64,000 nucleotides of DNA from Eledone cirrhosa (GCA_964016885.1 OZ024742.1:204290001-204354000), one strand, 5' to 3'; numbered from the stretch's first letter, positions 12,957-31,912 are shown. A program made the numbers and translations. The notes: a model not told the origin generated them from the sequence alone.

Positions 12957-13210
12957 AATGTTGTTGTTGTTGCTGTTATTGTTATGGTTGTTGTTGTTGT
13001 TGTGGATATGATTGTTATGGTTGTTGTTGTTGTTGTTGTTGTTGTTAATGTTGTTGTTGTTGCTGTTATTGTTATGGTTGTTGTTATTGTTGATATGGTT
13101 GTTATTGTTATTGTTGTTGGTGTTATTGCTGTTGTTATTGTCGTTGATGATGATGATGATGTTTGTTGATATGGTTGTTGTTATTGTGGTTGTTGCTGAT
13201 GATAATGTTT
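12620..13210. repeat. Degenerate (GTT)n/(GAT)n trinucleotide microsatellite
   Basis: Seen directly; gives the poly-V and poly-L ORFs. Confidence 0.95.
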
Positions 13211-13448
13211 GTAGAAGAAATATAGGTCACGGCACACCGTATTATTGATTCTGTATAAAATAACAGATTTTGGTCTTACTGTAAAATAATTCTGGTGTTA
13301 AAAATACGTTAGACGGACAAAGGAGAGTAGGAGGGGGGAGAAGGAAAGAAAAAGAAAGCAGTTTGAGGAGAGACTGAAGATAAATAGAGAAAAGGAACGG
13401 AAGGAGGAATAATACTCTCTCTCTCATATATATATGTGTGTGTGTATA

Positions 13449-13967
<519 letters not shown>

Positions 13968-14015
13968 TATACATGTATACATATATATATGTTTATATAT
14001 TATACATATATATAC

Positions 14016-14065
<50 letters not shown>

Positions 14066-14176
14066 AATTAATATCTAGTAACATATATATACATACAGAT
14101 GCATATCGATGCTAGCAAATATATAGGTTTTGTCTTAGTAACTTTGTGGTTCAATGCATGGGGTTGCAGAACAATA

Positions 14177-14549
14177 ATATGAGAGACGTAAAATAAGAAA
14201 ATTATAAAATTAACTTACTTACTAAAATATCACTTCCAACTAATTAGTTTCTGAAATGGAATAAATATATTTTCCGAAGAAAACATCGAAAATCATTTCG
14301 TCGTCTGGGAAGACTATTCTCATCTAAGTATCCAGGCAAAGCGGGGACTCTGGAAGAATTATTTTTGAATAAGTTTCCAGAGTCCCCGCTTTGCCTGGAT
14401 ACTTAGATGAGAATAGTCTTCCCTGACGACGAAATGATTTTCGATGTTTTCTTCGGAAAATATATTTATTCCATTTCAGAAACTAATTAGTTGGAAGTGA
14501 TATTTTAGTAAGTAAGTTAATTTTATAATTTTCTTATTTTACGTCTCTC

Positions 14550-14553
<4 letters not shown>
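14177..14553. repeat. Long palindrome (~179-bp arms, ~19-nt spacer) of pLTR family C
   Basis: GCGGGGACTCTGGAA...TTCCAGAGTCCCCGC at the centre; arms nearly identical. Confidence 0.9.
14418..14497 (+). ncRNA. Type I hammerhead ribozyme, family C
   Basis: CTTCC CTGACGA c GAAATG...CATTTC a GAAA CTAATTAG TT GGAAG; stems covary with 51295-51375. Confidence 0.8.
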
Positions 14554-14586
<33 letters not shown>

Positions 14587-14774
14587 TGAATAGGAAAATC
14601 TGCTTCGTAGAATCAAGATGTATTCGAGGACCGCGCGATTTCAGAGTCAGGTTTGATCACCACATCGATCGTGCCTCAAGCTGGTCGCCCGAGAAACAAT
14701 TGTAATATGTCCAATAAATTCCTTTCGTCGCAACACTGATTTTCTTTTCTGTGATATATATATATATATATCGT

Positions 14775-15040
14775 AGGCCCAGTTCGGTCACGAAGTACAT
14801 ACCTGTGTATGGTGTGTTTGTGGAAGACCTAATTTGCCCATTTATGCCAAGCTCCCTTTACCACCCCACGGAAAAACAATGGCCGATACAGCTTGGCACC
14901 AGAGACGTCGCCACTCATTTTTTACAGCTGAATGAACTGGTGTAACGTAAAATCAAGAACACAACACACCCTTCGGTCCGGAATATGAACTCACAACCTT
15001 ACGATTGTGAGTTCAACGCTCTAACCACTATGCGCCTTCA
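14775..15040 (-). mobile_element. tRNA-headed SINE family 2
   Basis: Reverse complement: GGCGCATAGTGGTTAGAGCG...GAGTTCATATTCC...CATTCAGCTGTAAAAAATGAG. Confidence 0.65.
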
Positions 15041-15050
15041 CACACGCACA

Positions 15051-15560
<510 letters not shown>

Positions 15561-15807
15561 TCCATCTGGTGAAAGGCGTAGTCTTATAGTGTACTATCAC
15601 CCCGTCAAAGACAGAGGCCAGCGTTGAGGTCAGGTCACAATCAAGCTGGTCATGCGTGCTAGAAAGAACATATATCTTTAACAAATCTATATATAGTAAT
15701 ATATAGTGGGCGTCTGCATGGTGTAATGTAAGGACAGAAATTACGATTAACAATTAGAAACGTTAAATTTATGCTTAGAGTTAGAAGATGCCATTTAAGA
15801 TGAAATT

Positions 15808-16336
15808 AGACGAACCGGGTTTTAAAGTCATACGGGTTTTCAAGGAAACACACTTCCTCTATTCTCCAGAGAGCCAGACAGGAATATTGGACTAGTTTCG
15901 ATGTTATTACATCTCATCAGCAATATATACCTATCTTCTGGCTTCTCCGGAGAATTGTTTTTACAATTTGTAAAAACAATTCTCCGGAGAAGCCAGAAGA
16001 TAGGTATATATTGCTGATGAGATGTAATAACATCGAAACTAGTCCAATATTCCTGTCTGGCTCTCTGGAGAATAGAGGAAGTGTGTTTCCTTGAAAACCC
16101 GTATGACTTTAAAACCCGGTTCGTCTGTGTGTTTACATACAGACTAGCTGGACACTCACTGTAAAGTGTCTAGTGAAAAGCTCGTACATGTACATATGTA
16201 TACATATGTGTATTTATATGCATACTAGTACTTCCGTATACATATGTAGATGTACACTTTAACTTAATTGTTTAAGCGTCAGTCATACAAAAGTGAGTTA
16301 GAAGCGAAACGAAATTTAATTTCGTTTCGTTATTTG

Positions 16337-16341
<5 letters not shown>
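15808..16341. mobile_element. Diverged family A repeat with 159-bp fold-back arms (15808-16126, centre 15967)
   Basis: Homologous to the 466-bp unit and ends at the same TTATTTGTTTTTA+(TA)n position as 7273. Confidence 0.85.
16008..16050 (+). ncRNA. Minimal type I hammerhead ribozyme, family A variant with GUC site (mirror copy 15884-15926 on -)
   Basis: ATATTG CTGATGA GATGT AATA ACATC GAAA CTAG TC CAATAT; stem II GATGT/ACATC versus GTTGT/ACAAC in the array is a compensatory change. Confidence 0.9.
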
Positions 16342-16385
<44 letters not shown>

Positions 16386-16419
16386 AGATTTGAATGGATA
16401 CAGTTTAGTTGAAAGGAAT

Positions 16420-16536
16420 TTATTGACACGTGTTTCTATAACAGTTACATAACCTAAAACAGCTATCTACAAACTTTTAGTTATGCAGACATTCAATATT
16501 TCAATGTTATTGTTTACTGTCATTTCATCAGAATAA
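16420..16536 (-). ncRNA. Type I hammerhead ribozyme with ~88-nt stem II domain, family E
   Basis: Reverse complement: TTATT CTGATGA aaTGACAGT...ACTGTTAta GAAA CACGTG TC AATAA. Confidence 0.7.
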
Positions 16537-16914
16537 TATTACTGAGGACCTATTTAGTTTTTATAGAGAATATTAGGAGGAAGGGGTGAAGTTGTTAGAA
16601 GAATAGTTGAAGGAGTGGTTTTTCGATAGCAGTGAGAATTCTTGGTGGCAGTGATTAATTAGATTCCCATCTGTTGTTTTGACATTTTTTATAGAATATA
16701 TTATTGGTTATTTTTCTAAATCTATAGAAGGATTAGAGATAGTAAAGATATGCGTGGTTGGTTTTGTGTTTGCACTTAACATTCAGACTTAAATTTTTCT
16801 TTCAAGTGTACGTATTCTTTCACCCACGCATTCACACACAAATATATTTGCACACCTCTACAAAATACATATACTCACAATTCACATATTCATACTTACA
16901 ATGGCTGACAATAC

Positions 16915-19900
16915 CTATGTCCTGGGTATGACATTAAACTAAATCCAGTGGCAAGGCTCCAGTTCGGGAGTTCAGGAGATGTGGGGAATGTGGAGTTACC
17001 CCTTAGTTGTCATGACTCCCAGGTCTGCCCTGGCCCGGGGTGGTAGTACCTGTTAGGGCTCCATTTATGGGTTAAATAACTACCTTATTCGAGTGGCGCC
17101 GGTAAGGTATTGTCAGCCATTGAAAAGAAATATGGAGAGTCGATCTAACAGCACTAGGGTTAGAGCCCCTAATTACACTGTCAAGGAGCAGCCTGGTCGT
17201 TATGACTCTGCTGGCTTAGAGCCACAGAGAGGGCCAGTGGATGATGGATCAGCTGTCTCTGAGACAAATATAAAGAATGCAGTTTTGTCCTGCAGAAGAG
17301 CCATCAAAATGGGCACTTTGAATGTGAGGACTATTCGAACGCTGGAGAAGAGAGAGGAGTTGGGACATCTGTTCGAGGAGAGTGGTATACAGATACTTGC
17401 GAGCCAAGAACACAGGATTCTACACGATGAGCCCGTGAGGAGTGTGATGATCGGGAGGAAGAGCCAGCTCATCACTACATCGGCAGTGAAGAACACAACA
17501 AATGCTGCAGTGGGAGGAGTGGGTTTTGTGTTCAGTGCAAAAACCAATCTGTTGGTGAGGGAAATAATGCCTATCTCCCGCGAGTGTTGAGGGTGACCTT
17601 CAATGGAAACCCAAGACTGACAGTCATCTCAGCCTATAGTCCAACCGAGGGGGACAGTGATGTGAATGCCGAGGAGTTCCATGAGGAGATGTGTAGAGCT
17701 GTCAACACCACTCAGGCACACAATATCCTGCTTGTTTTGGGGGACTTCAATGCACATATGAGTAAGGAGGGCAGTGAAGATCCTTGCTGGTACACCAACC
17801 GAAATGGAAGACTACTGAGAGACACCCTGCTGGAGGCGAACTTGATGGCGACCAACCTAAGGTTTAGGAAGAATCTGGGGAAGATGTGGACCTACATCTC
17901 AGATATGCACCTGTCCAAGTCCCAGATTGATTTCATTCTGGTGAGGAAAAAGTGGCGGAATAGTGTTCTGAACACGGAACCATACAGCTATTTCAGTACA
18001 CTGGGTAGTGACCACCGGCTTGTTATGAGTGAGGTCCGCGTGAGCTTAAGAAAGAGCAAGGCTCAGCCCCGGAGAACAATCTATGACTGGGGAGCTTTCA
18101 AGGAAGATGATAAGCTACAGGAGAGGTTCACAGTGGAAGTGAGAAACAGGTTTAGTGCTCTGTGTGGAGAGTCAGAGGAGAGAGAGATTGGATGGACTGA
18201 GGAGAGTGTGACGAGGAGGTACGGGCACTTCACCAATGCAGTGGCGAAAGCAAGTGAAACCCTAGTGCCGAGGAAAAAGAACAAAGGGAAGCACCTCAGC
18301 TCTGCAAACCCAAAAGTGTGTGCAGCCAGAGAACACCTGAAAGCTGCCAGGGACCAATTCTATGCTGATCCTACGGAGGAGAGGATGGAGACTGTGGAGG
18401 TGATGAGGGAAGAGCTCTGTACCGCTTACACTGAGGTCAGAGAGGAGGCACTGATAGAGAAGATCAGAAGTGTGGAGAGAGCGGTTGACAGATCTGGATG
18501 TAAGGAGAGCTGGATGATCATCAACGAGATCACAGGGAGGAAGAAAAGGTGTTCGAGTCAGATCCAGGGAACGGGGCCCGAGGATAGGAAGAGGAAATGG
18601 CTAGACCATTTTAGGACCCTACTAGGAGAGCCACCCTCCACAGCCCAGAGCACTGGGGAGATCAGGCGGCTGTTTGGGGAACTGGATGTTGAGACAGAGC
18701 CCTTCACCAGAGAGGAGCTTCAGAGAGCCAAGAAGAAGATCAAGGAGGGCAAGGCTCATGGAAAAGATTGAGTGGCATCAGAGGTGATGAAGAGGTGTGA
18801 TTTTGATGATATCATCCTGGGGTTCTGTAACGGGGCACTGGAGAAAGGAGTTGCCCCGAATCAGTGGAGGATCAGTAACATCGTCCCAGTGCCAAAGAAG
18901 GGAGATCTCTCTAACACCAACAACTACCGGGGGATCTCACTGACGTCACTTGTGGCAAAGACCCTCAACAGGATGATTCTTAACAGGATCCAGCCTGAGA
19001 TGGAGAAGAAGCTCAGGGACAACCAGAACGGCTTCAGAGAGGGTAGATCAACCACCAGTCACATCCTGATGCTGGGGAGGATATTAGAGGGAGCTAGAGC
19101 AAAGTGCCTTCCTGCGGTCATGGTTTTCATTGACTTTAGGAAGGCCTTTGATTCTGTGGACCGTTACTGCCTGATGAAGATCTTACAGGCTTATGGAATC
19201 CCCAAGAGGATAGTGGACCTGATATCACTGCTCTACACCAACACCAAAGCCCAAGTCATTACAACTGATGGGATGACAGAGTTCTTTGAGATACTGGCTG
19301 GAGTGCTCCAGGGAGATACATTGGCTCCCTACCTTTTTGTCATCGTAGTGGACTATTGTATGCGCCTTGCACTGGAGAAACACCAGGACTCTGGCTTTAC
19401 TGTAGCACCGGCTCAGAGCAGGAGAGTTGGGGCGAAAAAGGTATCAGATGCTGAATTTGCCGACGACATAGTTTTGGTGACAAATACAGTGAAGGAGGCA
19501 GAGGATTTGATGCGGGAGGTTGAGACTGTGTCGATGAGTGTGGGGCTGAGAATGAATGAGACTAAAACAAAATATCTGGTAGAGAATGTTGAGAAGCCAG
19601 AGGGGATCACTAATGTAGGCGGGAAGCCGCTGGAATTGGTTGAGGACTTCCTGTATTTGGGAGCAAAGATTGGGAATACGGAAGATGATGTGGTTGAGAG
19701 GAAGAGCAAGGCCTGGGCGGCGTGTCACAGCTTGGGATCGGTGTGGAAGTCGGACCTTCGTAGAGACCTGAAAATCCGCCTCTTCATTGCTGTAGTGGAG
19801 TCTGTGCTGCTGTATGGGTCTGAGACTTGGACACTGACCAAGAGACACACTCAGATGGTGGATGGGTGCTACACGAGAATGCTGAGGATGGCTCTGAACA

Positions 19901-20214
19901 TTAATCAGTATACACTGAGGATGAAAAACTCAGAGCTGTATGGGAGCATCCCAAAAGTCAGCTCAAAAGTGACACAGAGGAGACTGAGGTTGGCTGGACA
20001 TGCTCACCGACATCCAGAGTTGACATTGCACTCAGTGCTCCTTTGGGAGCCCCTACATGGACACACTAGAAGAGGAAGACCAAGGTTAACATATGTTGAT
20101 GCCCTAAGGACAGACACTGGTCTGTTGGAGATGCAGGATATGGCAGCGATAATGAGGGACAGAGACCGCTGGAGAGAACTCGTCCATGGATCTCGGGAAT
20201 TTTACCCGCCTTAG
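16915..20214 (+). mobile_element. Near-full-length RTE-clade LINE (APE endonuclease + reverse transcriptase)
   Basis: GTLNVRT, QEHR, YSPT, LGDFNAH, IDFIL, SDH (APE); NYRGISL, QNGFR, FIDFRKAFDSV, GVLQGDTLAPYLF, FADD (RT). The 5' boundary is approximate. Confidence 0.92.
17093..20214 (+). pseudogene. RTE ORF (APE-RT) disrupted by one frameshift (~17585) and one TGA (18769-18771)
   Basis: Three adjacent ORFs join into one ~1000-aa protein; the sibling copy has GGA at the position of the stop. Confidence 0.88.
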
Positions 20215-20304
20215 ATATAGATAGATATATATAATATATATATATATATTATATTTATAATATATATATATAATATATATTATATATATTATATATATTA
20301 TATA

Positions 20305-20492
20305 AGGCGGTGAATTGTCAGTATCGGTAGAGAGTCGGACGCCATTCTTTCCAGAATAGATACGTCTCTTTAGGGTCTGAGTTCAAATGCCACCGAGGTT
20401 AACTTTGCCCTTCATCCTTACTGGGTCGATAAAATAAAGTACCAGTAATTTACTGGATAATTGCTGGCCTTGTGCCAAAAGTAGAAACAATT
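20305..20492 (+). mobile_element. SINE family 1, full-length
   Basis: A/B boxes and central domain; embedded in (TA)n. Confidence 0.85.
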
Positions 20493-20511
20493 ATATATAT
20501 TATATATAATA

Positions 20512-20545
<34 letters not shown>

Positions 20546-20548
20546 TAC

Positions 20549-20585
<37 letters not shown>

Positions 20586-20609
20586 ATATATATTATATAT
20601 ATATATTAT

Positions 20610-21341
20610 ATAGGAACGAGTAGGACCCCGACGGCTGAGCTCAAGCCGTTTCGACGGCTAATTCTGGACTAAATGAACATTTTTATCCTGGTATTTGAAT
20701 AGCCGAGCTTCTCAGGGGGTAATCCCATATATGGTAAAAGTGATTGTCACAAGGATTGGTCAAAAGTTTGTTGTTGAGACATAATAATTCTATCATAGCA
20801 ATATGTGGAGGGAAGGGGTAGCTGAACCTGCCAGTAGGAGAAAGAGGGAGAGGGGGTGGAGGAGACCCAGTCATGCGTTGATAGTGCCGACTACAGCTTG
20901 GCATGAGGTCAAAGAAGATACTAGGGAGGGGGAGGGGGAGGAAGTCAAAATAATAAGTAAAACAATATGGGGTAAATATTTACCCCATATTGTTTTACTT
21001 ATTGTTTCGACTCCCCCCCCCTTTCCCTAGTATCTTCTTTGACCTCATGCCAAGCTGTAGTCGGCACTATCAACGCATGACTGGGTCTCCTCCACCCCCT
21101 CTCCCTCTTTCTCCTACTGGCAGGTTCAGCTACCCCTTCCCTCCACATATTGCTATGATAGAATTATTATGTCTCAACAACAAACTTTTGACCAATCCTT
21201 GTGACAATCACTTTTACCATATATGGAATTACCCCCAGAGAAGCTCGGCTATTCAAATACCAGGATAAAAATGTTTATTTAGTCCAGAATTAGCCGTCGA
21301 AACGGCTTGAGCTCAGCCGTCGGGGTCCTACTCGTTCCTAT
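20610..21341. repeat. Spacerless palindrome with ~365-bp arms (centre 20977/20978), pLTR-like family F
   Basis: AATATGGGGTAAAT|ATTTACCCCATATT at the centre; arms differ by a few substitutions and indels. Confidence 0.92.
20625..20720 (-). ncRNA. Hammerhead-like motif with full stem III and variant core, family F (mirror 21231-21326; 3' half at ~31425-31490)
   Basis: Reverse complement: ACCCC CTGAGAA gct CGGCTATTC...GAATTAGCCG tc GAAA CGGCT tgagctc AGCCG TC GGGGT; core is non-canonical (CTGAGAA, and CAGAGAA in the mirror). Confidence 0.6.
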
Positions 21342-21519
21342 TACCCACTCTACTACCCTAAGTATTGAGTACTTTGGTGCGTTATGGTCCACCTGGTTCC
21401 TTACCACATTTCCTCCGTTATATATTATATATATATATATATTATATATATTATATATATATATATTATATATATTATATATATATATATATATATTATA
21501 TATAATATATAATATATAT

Positions 21520-21586
<67 letters not shown>

Positions 21587-21709
21587 ATATATATATATTT
21601 TATATTTAATATATATATATAATATATATTATATATATATATATTATGTATATATTATATAATATATATTATATATAAAATATATATAAACATATTATAT
21701 AATATATAT

Positions 21710-21806
<97 letters not shown>

Positions 21807-21976
21807 ACTCCCTCTTACACCAGTGGCCAACCTATACAGGCTGGAGATAAAATGTGTAGCAACAAGGGCGGTGACCCAGCATGGCCTCAGCCGCATGGCT
21901 GAAACAGGTAAAAGCGTAAAAGAGTATATATATATATATACAGTATTATATATATTATATATATTATATATATATA

Positions 21977-22142
<166 letters not shown>

Positions 22143-22189
22143 TATATATATATAATATATATATACATATATATATATATACAAACTAT

Positions 22190-23870
22190 AAGACTTCCTA
22201 ATCATTGCAAGAGATTTTAACGGACACGTAGGTAAACACCGTGACGGCTTCTATATAGTCCATGGAGGCCATTGGTTTGGCACAAGAAATGAAGAAGGAT
22301 TCAGGCTTCTAGAATTCTGCGACGCCAATGACATGTCGATATGCAACACAAACTTCAAAAAACCCGACAACCACCTGATCACCTATAGATCAGGGGAGCA
22401 TTCTAGTCAGATAGATTTTCTCCTCATCAGAAGGCGTGACAGATGGACGGTCGTAAACACAAAAGCCTTCCTTAGTGAGGAATCTACCTCCCAACATGGT
22501 TTAGTTGTCAGCGACCTCACGATGAGAACTAGACGAACCTGGAAACAGAAGCCAACGTGGAGAAGAAAGATCTGGAAGCTGAAAGACCCCTCAACCAGTA
22601 ACAGATTTAAAGATATTTTACTCAACGCCTACGACAGTAGAGAAGAACAGATAGAGACATTCAATGTAGAAGAGCACTGGGAATTCCTAAAAAATAACTT
22701 ACTAGAGCCGCCGGATGAGATCTGTAGCTGGAGTAAGACCACAGGCAGGAGGAGAGTGACTTGGAGGTAGAACAATAAGGTAGATGAGGCAGTTAAAGCC
22801 AAGAGGCAGAATGGAAAGAATGGAAGAACGGGGGAAGCAGGGTACATTACATAGAGACCAGGAGGGAAGCTAGGTGACAAGTATACTTAGCTAGGAGGGA
22901 AGCAGAGGATAGAAAATTCAAGCATGTTTTGCAACGTGAGGACCAAAAACAGGGGGTGTTCAAGATTGAGAGGCAGTGTGTCAGAGAGAATTGTGATGTC
23001 ATTGGAGAGAAGTGTATCCGGATTGATAAAGGTGAGCTTGCCCTCACAAGTGCTGAGAAGAAAAATGCGTGGAAGAGCCATTGTGATAGATTACTAAATG
23101 AGGAGAATGCATGGGAAGAAGAGACCCTACCCAAAGTAGACCCTATAGAGGGGCCGGCAGTACAAGTCAGCCGCAGCGTAGTAAGTAAGGCAATCAAAGA
23201 TATGAAGAGGGGGAAGGCAACCGGTCCATCGGGTATAGCTACCGAGATGCTGCAGGCATCTGGGTCGGTAGGTCACACTATAACCACACGTATTGTTAAC
23301 AAGGTAATACTAGAAGGTGTCACACCAATGGATAGACCACGTCATGAAAGTAACAGAAAGAGTTATAGCACAGTTGATTAGGGACTGGGTGAAACTAGAT
23401 GAGATGCAATTTGGGTTTGTGCCAGGAAGAGGCACCACTGATGCCCTCTTCCTTGTGAGGAAGTTACAGGAAAAGTACCTAGCTAAAAGTAAGTCACTCT
23501 ACCCGGCATTCGTCGATCTCGAGAAAGTCTTTGACAGAGTTCCCCGTGCTATAATCTAGTGGGCTCTTAGAAAACTAGGAGTAGATGAATGGCTTGTGAA
23601 AGCTGTACAAGCCATGTATAGGGGAGCAGTCAGCAAAGTTAGGATTAGCAATGAGTATAGCGTGGAATTTAACGTAAAGCTTGGTGTTCACCAGGGCTCT
23701 GTTCTTAGCCCTCTCCTGTTCATCATAGTCCTGCAGGCAATAACGGAGGAGTTTAAGACCGGATGCCCATGGGAACTCGTGTATGCAGATAACCTCGCAC
23801 TTATAGCTGAATCTTTGGTAGAACTAGAGAAGAGAAATTCCAAACTTGGAAGCAGGGACGAGCTGAGGAT
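22190..23870 (+). pseudogene. Degenerate internal fragment of a second RTE (BovB-like) LINE
   Basis: DFNGHVG, SQIDFLLI, GKATGPSG, QFGFVPGRGTTDA, FVDLEKVFDRVP, GVHQGSVLSPLLF, YADN; many stops and frameshifts; cut by (TA)n at both ends. Confidence 0.85.
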
Positions 23871-23943
23871 CCGCTATATATATATATTATATATATATAT
23901 AATATATATAATATATATAATATATATATATATATAATATATA

Positions 23944-24057
<114 letters not shown>

Positions 24058-24348
24058 TAATATATATATATATATAATATATATAATATATATAATATAT
24101 ATAATATATATATATATATAATATATATAATATATAATATATATATATATATATAATATATATAATATATATATATAATATCGATTATGTATTTATATAT
24201 ATATATATTGTTATGCTTTGGGAGGGTCATGTTGCCAATAAGAAACACACGCACCAGATGCTTGCCTCTCCTTTGTTCTGTCCTACGCCATCTTGGATGG
24301 CGTAGGACAGAACAAAGGACAGCACAAAGACAAAGAAAAGAATCCCCA

Positions 24349-24391
24349 GTCACTGAAGAGGTCACAGAATGTGTGACGAAAGAACTTTGAC
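24349..24391 (+). ncRNA. Minimal hammerhead ribozyme, family B (within repeat 24205-24600)
   Basis: GTCA CTGAAGA g GTCAC agaatgt GTGAC GAAA GAAC TT TGAC. Confidence 0.65.
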
Positions 24392-24875
24392 AATATATGA
24401 ACAATCGTCTGGTTGTGGAACCAACCAACCAACCAGAAATTTATAAATTCTTAAATTTATAAATTTAATTTATAATAAATTAGAGTGAAAGCACTGGTGC
24501 GTGTGTTTCTTATTGTCAACATGACCCTCCCAAAGCATAACAATATCGTTTTCAACACACGTTTTCAGATAAAGAATCTTGCTATACAAATTCAGAAACG
24601 ATATATATATATATAATATATATAATATATATATATAATGTATATAATATATATATATATATATAATAAATAAAAAATATATATATATATATAATATATA
24701 TAATATATATATATAATATATATATATATGTATATAATATATATAATATATATATATACATAATATATATGATATATATATATATATATAATATATATAG
24801 TATATATATATATATATAATATATATAATATATATATATATAATATATATAATATATATTATATATATATATATA

Positions 24876-24936
<61 letters not shown>

Positions 24937-24960
24937 ATATATATAATATATATATATATA

Positions 24961-25001
<41 letters not shown>

Positions 25002-25023
25002 TAATATATATATATATATATAC

Positions 25024-25160
25024 ATCGATTTATTAAATAAAAGACAGGAATTGATCATAGTCTGTAATCACCGTATACGAAAAACATTTAAATACTCTAA
25101 ACCTAATTAAATACTCTAAACCTAATTAAATACTATAAACCTAATTAAATATTCTAAATA
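25024..25160 (+). pseudogene. Extreme C-terminal fragment of a Naiad-like PLE ORF followed by a short 21-bp tandem repeat
   Basis: DLLNKRQELIIVCNHRIRKTFKYSKPN is nearly identical to the end of ORF 39252..39776. Confidence 0.75.
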
Positions 25161-25375
25161 CCAACTCACTATAATTCCGTATAGAATAACATTTATTAGT
25201 ACCTCTTTCCCCTAATTATATGCTTTCATGCTTATTTTTGCCTTTTAATATTTTAACTTCCTTAGATGTATGCGTTAATGACTAAAGGCAACAAGATACA
25301 CAGCCACCCGTAATTGCATGAATGAAAATAAACATCTATGTATGATATGGAAATATATTTATGTGTGTATATATT

Positions 25376-28160
<2,785 letters not shown>

Positions 28161-28577
28161 GTATATATGTATATATATATGTTTATGTATGTGTATATGT
28201 GTATATATGTATATGCTTGTATATGTATGTGTATGTATGTGTGTATATATATGTATATATATATATATATGGGTGTGTATATGTATGTGTATATATATAT
28301 ATATGTATGTGTGTGTGCATGTGTATGTATATATATATATATATACGTATGTGTGTGTGTGTGTGTATATGTGTTTGTGTGTGTCTATACTTGAGTATAG
28401 ATGTTTGAATGTTTATATGAGTATGTGCACGTGTAAGAAGGGTGTACATATGCTCACACAAGTGTGTATATATATGTGTGTGTGTATGTATGTGTATATA
28501 TATGTATATATATGTATATATATATGTATATATATATGTGTATATATATGTATATATATATATATATGTATATATTC

Positions 28578-28860
28578 TCAGACCGGGTGATGTGTTGTTT
28601 CCTTGAGCAAGACACTTTATTTCACATTGCTCCAGTTTACTCAGCTGTAGAAATGAGATGATAGGGATTGGGGTCCATATCATTCCACTCTGCAAAGAGG
28701 TCGTGGGGGGTGCCACGGCAAAAAAGCACCCAGCACTCACTGTAAATGAGGTTGGTGTTAGGAAGGGCATCCAGCTGTAGAAATCAAGCCAGAATCAGTT
28801 CCCATCCCACCCTTGCAAGCAGGGAAAAAGCAGACGTAAAATTAAATGAATAAATGAAAT
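28578..28860 (+). mobile_element. 5'-truncated SINE (family 2 related) with RTE-like tail
   Basis: CCTTGAGCAAGACACTTTATTTCACATTGCTCCAGTTTACTCAGCTG...TTAGGAAGGGCATCCAGCTGTAGAAA. Confidence 0.6.
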
Positions 28861-28906
28861 GAATATATACGTGTATATATATGTATATACGTGTATATGT
28901 GTATGG

Positions 28907-28938
<32 letters not shown>

Positions 28939-28979
28939 GTGTGTCTATATGTATGTACATGTATATATGTATGCGTGTG

Positions 28980-29010
<31 letters not shown>

Positions 29011-29365
29011 ATATGTGTATGTATCTGTATATGTATATCTATATATAGATGTGTATGTGTGGATATAGATATATATGGATATGTATCTATATGATTATAT
29101 GCATGCGTGTGGATGTGTATTTAGGTTTGCATCTATTTGCACGTATGTATATTTTGGTTAGATATCAATATAACTGTACCTCTCTCTATATGTGGTATGA
29201 ATATGTGCACTTTGTAGACTATGAAATGTATGTGTTTTAACTATGCCAACATGTACTTATCTGAGTTTGATTGTTTATGCATAAACATACTTAGTAATAC
29301 TACACTGCCAATACAGAGGAACAAGGCAACAACACACGCACACACACTCAAGCGAGACAACACAT

Positions 29366-29448
<83 letters not shown>

Positions 29449-30390
29449 CATTCACCAAACAGGCAGAGAATGGACTGACAGCTAGCGTCACCCCACTCCC
29501 ACAATTGAAAGAACTACTTCGGCCGCTGACCTCTGCCTGACCGACCCCATTTCACGCGCACGCGCGCTCTGCTGAATACCTCAGCTATTCAAAACAACGA
29601 ACCGCGCTGGACACGTTTCGCACCTTTCCGACAGACGACCTCCCCCCCGGAAAAAAACCCAGTTGATGGATGTGAATCCAAAATATATAGGGACAATTAA
29701 ATCTCTCCCAAGGTAACTCTTTCTCGTGTTGTTATTTTGTTATCCTTTACGCTCTTTCCTTCATCCTTCATTCCTCTACACGTTACAGTCTTATACACGC
29801 CACGCATCTCAACATACACCCACTTATATCTCTCTCTCCACCACCGGATCTTGTTACCAGGAGATTTACCCATCTGCATTGTCGAGGCTTCCAAACGACT
29901 TAAAGAAATTTACCTTATTATTCCACAATGCTTCAAGCAAACTTCAATACTCTCTTATACTTAGTAATATTTTAGAGCGTATAATATGTTATATTATACT
30001 GAGTGCAATTTACCACACCGTACTATATGCTGTTGGTTAAGTTGTATATTATCGCATTACTATATCACATTATCTTATTATAATTTTCATCTTTCAATAT
30101 ACTATCTTTCCTAGCCATAACATTAATTTATATTCACCTTAAAACTCAATACAACACTAATCACCGTTTATTTTGACATTCCTTTTAAATTCACTATACA
30201 AGATACATTCAACTATCGGTTTGACAATCCCCTTCCTTCCTAATAGATTTGTAAGCCATTTCTACTAACACCTTTCAACCATTCCTTTCAAAGGGTCATG
30301 ACCTCAACTAAAGTGTATTACTTTTCATCTTAACACCATATGAAAAATACAATTTGATTCGTTAGTTCTTCAACTACCTCCAAATATGGA

Positions 30391-31221
<831 letters not shown>

Positions 31222-31843
31222 AAATTTATGTGTTTTAACTATGCCAACATGTACTTATCTGAGTTTGGTTGTTTATGCATAAACATACTTAGTAATACTA
31301 CACTGCCAACAACACACGCACACACACACACTCAAGCGAGACAACACACGCGCACACACACACAGTAACATTCACCAAACAGGCAGAGAATGGACTGACT
31401 GCTAGCGCCACCCCATTCCCACAATTGACGGTTAATTCTCGACTCAGTCCAGAATTAGCCGTCGAAACGGCTTGAGCTCAGCCGTCGGGGTCCTACTCGT
31501 TCCTATTACCCACACTACTACCCTAAGTATTGAGTACTTTGGTGCGTTATGGTCCACCTGGTTCCTTACCACATTTCCTCCGTTATATATATATATATAT
31601 CATAAATCATGTCCTTAGAATTATTAGATAAAATATATACCATTTCCTCTCCCAATTAGCATAATTAACTATATAAAAAATCAATTAGACCAAGCTATAA
31701 GAAGAAAGGCTCTTATGAAGAAATCTCCGACAAATAACCGAAAGTGGCCTCTTCGCGGTGGCCCCAATAGAGTATTTATCCACTGTTTCGACAGCATGTA
31801 GAAACTGACTAAATATACCATCAACCATACACAATTATGTATA

Positions 31844-31912
<69 letters not shown>

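Noticed and set aside
14620-14715. GAAA CAATTG TA, a palindromic HHR 3' half
   Set aside because: No CTGANGA or stem I partner is found upstream; at most a truncated remnant
16915-17092. HDV-like ribozyme at the RTE 5' end
   Set aside because: The region has pairing potential, but I could not build the nested double-pseudoknot by eye; it needs a descriptor search
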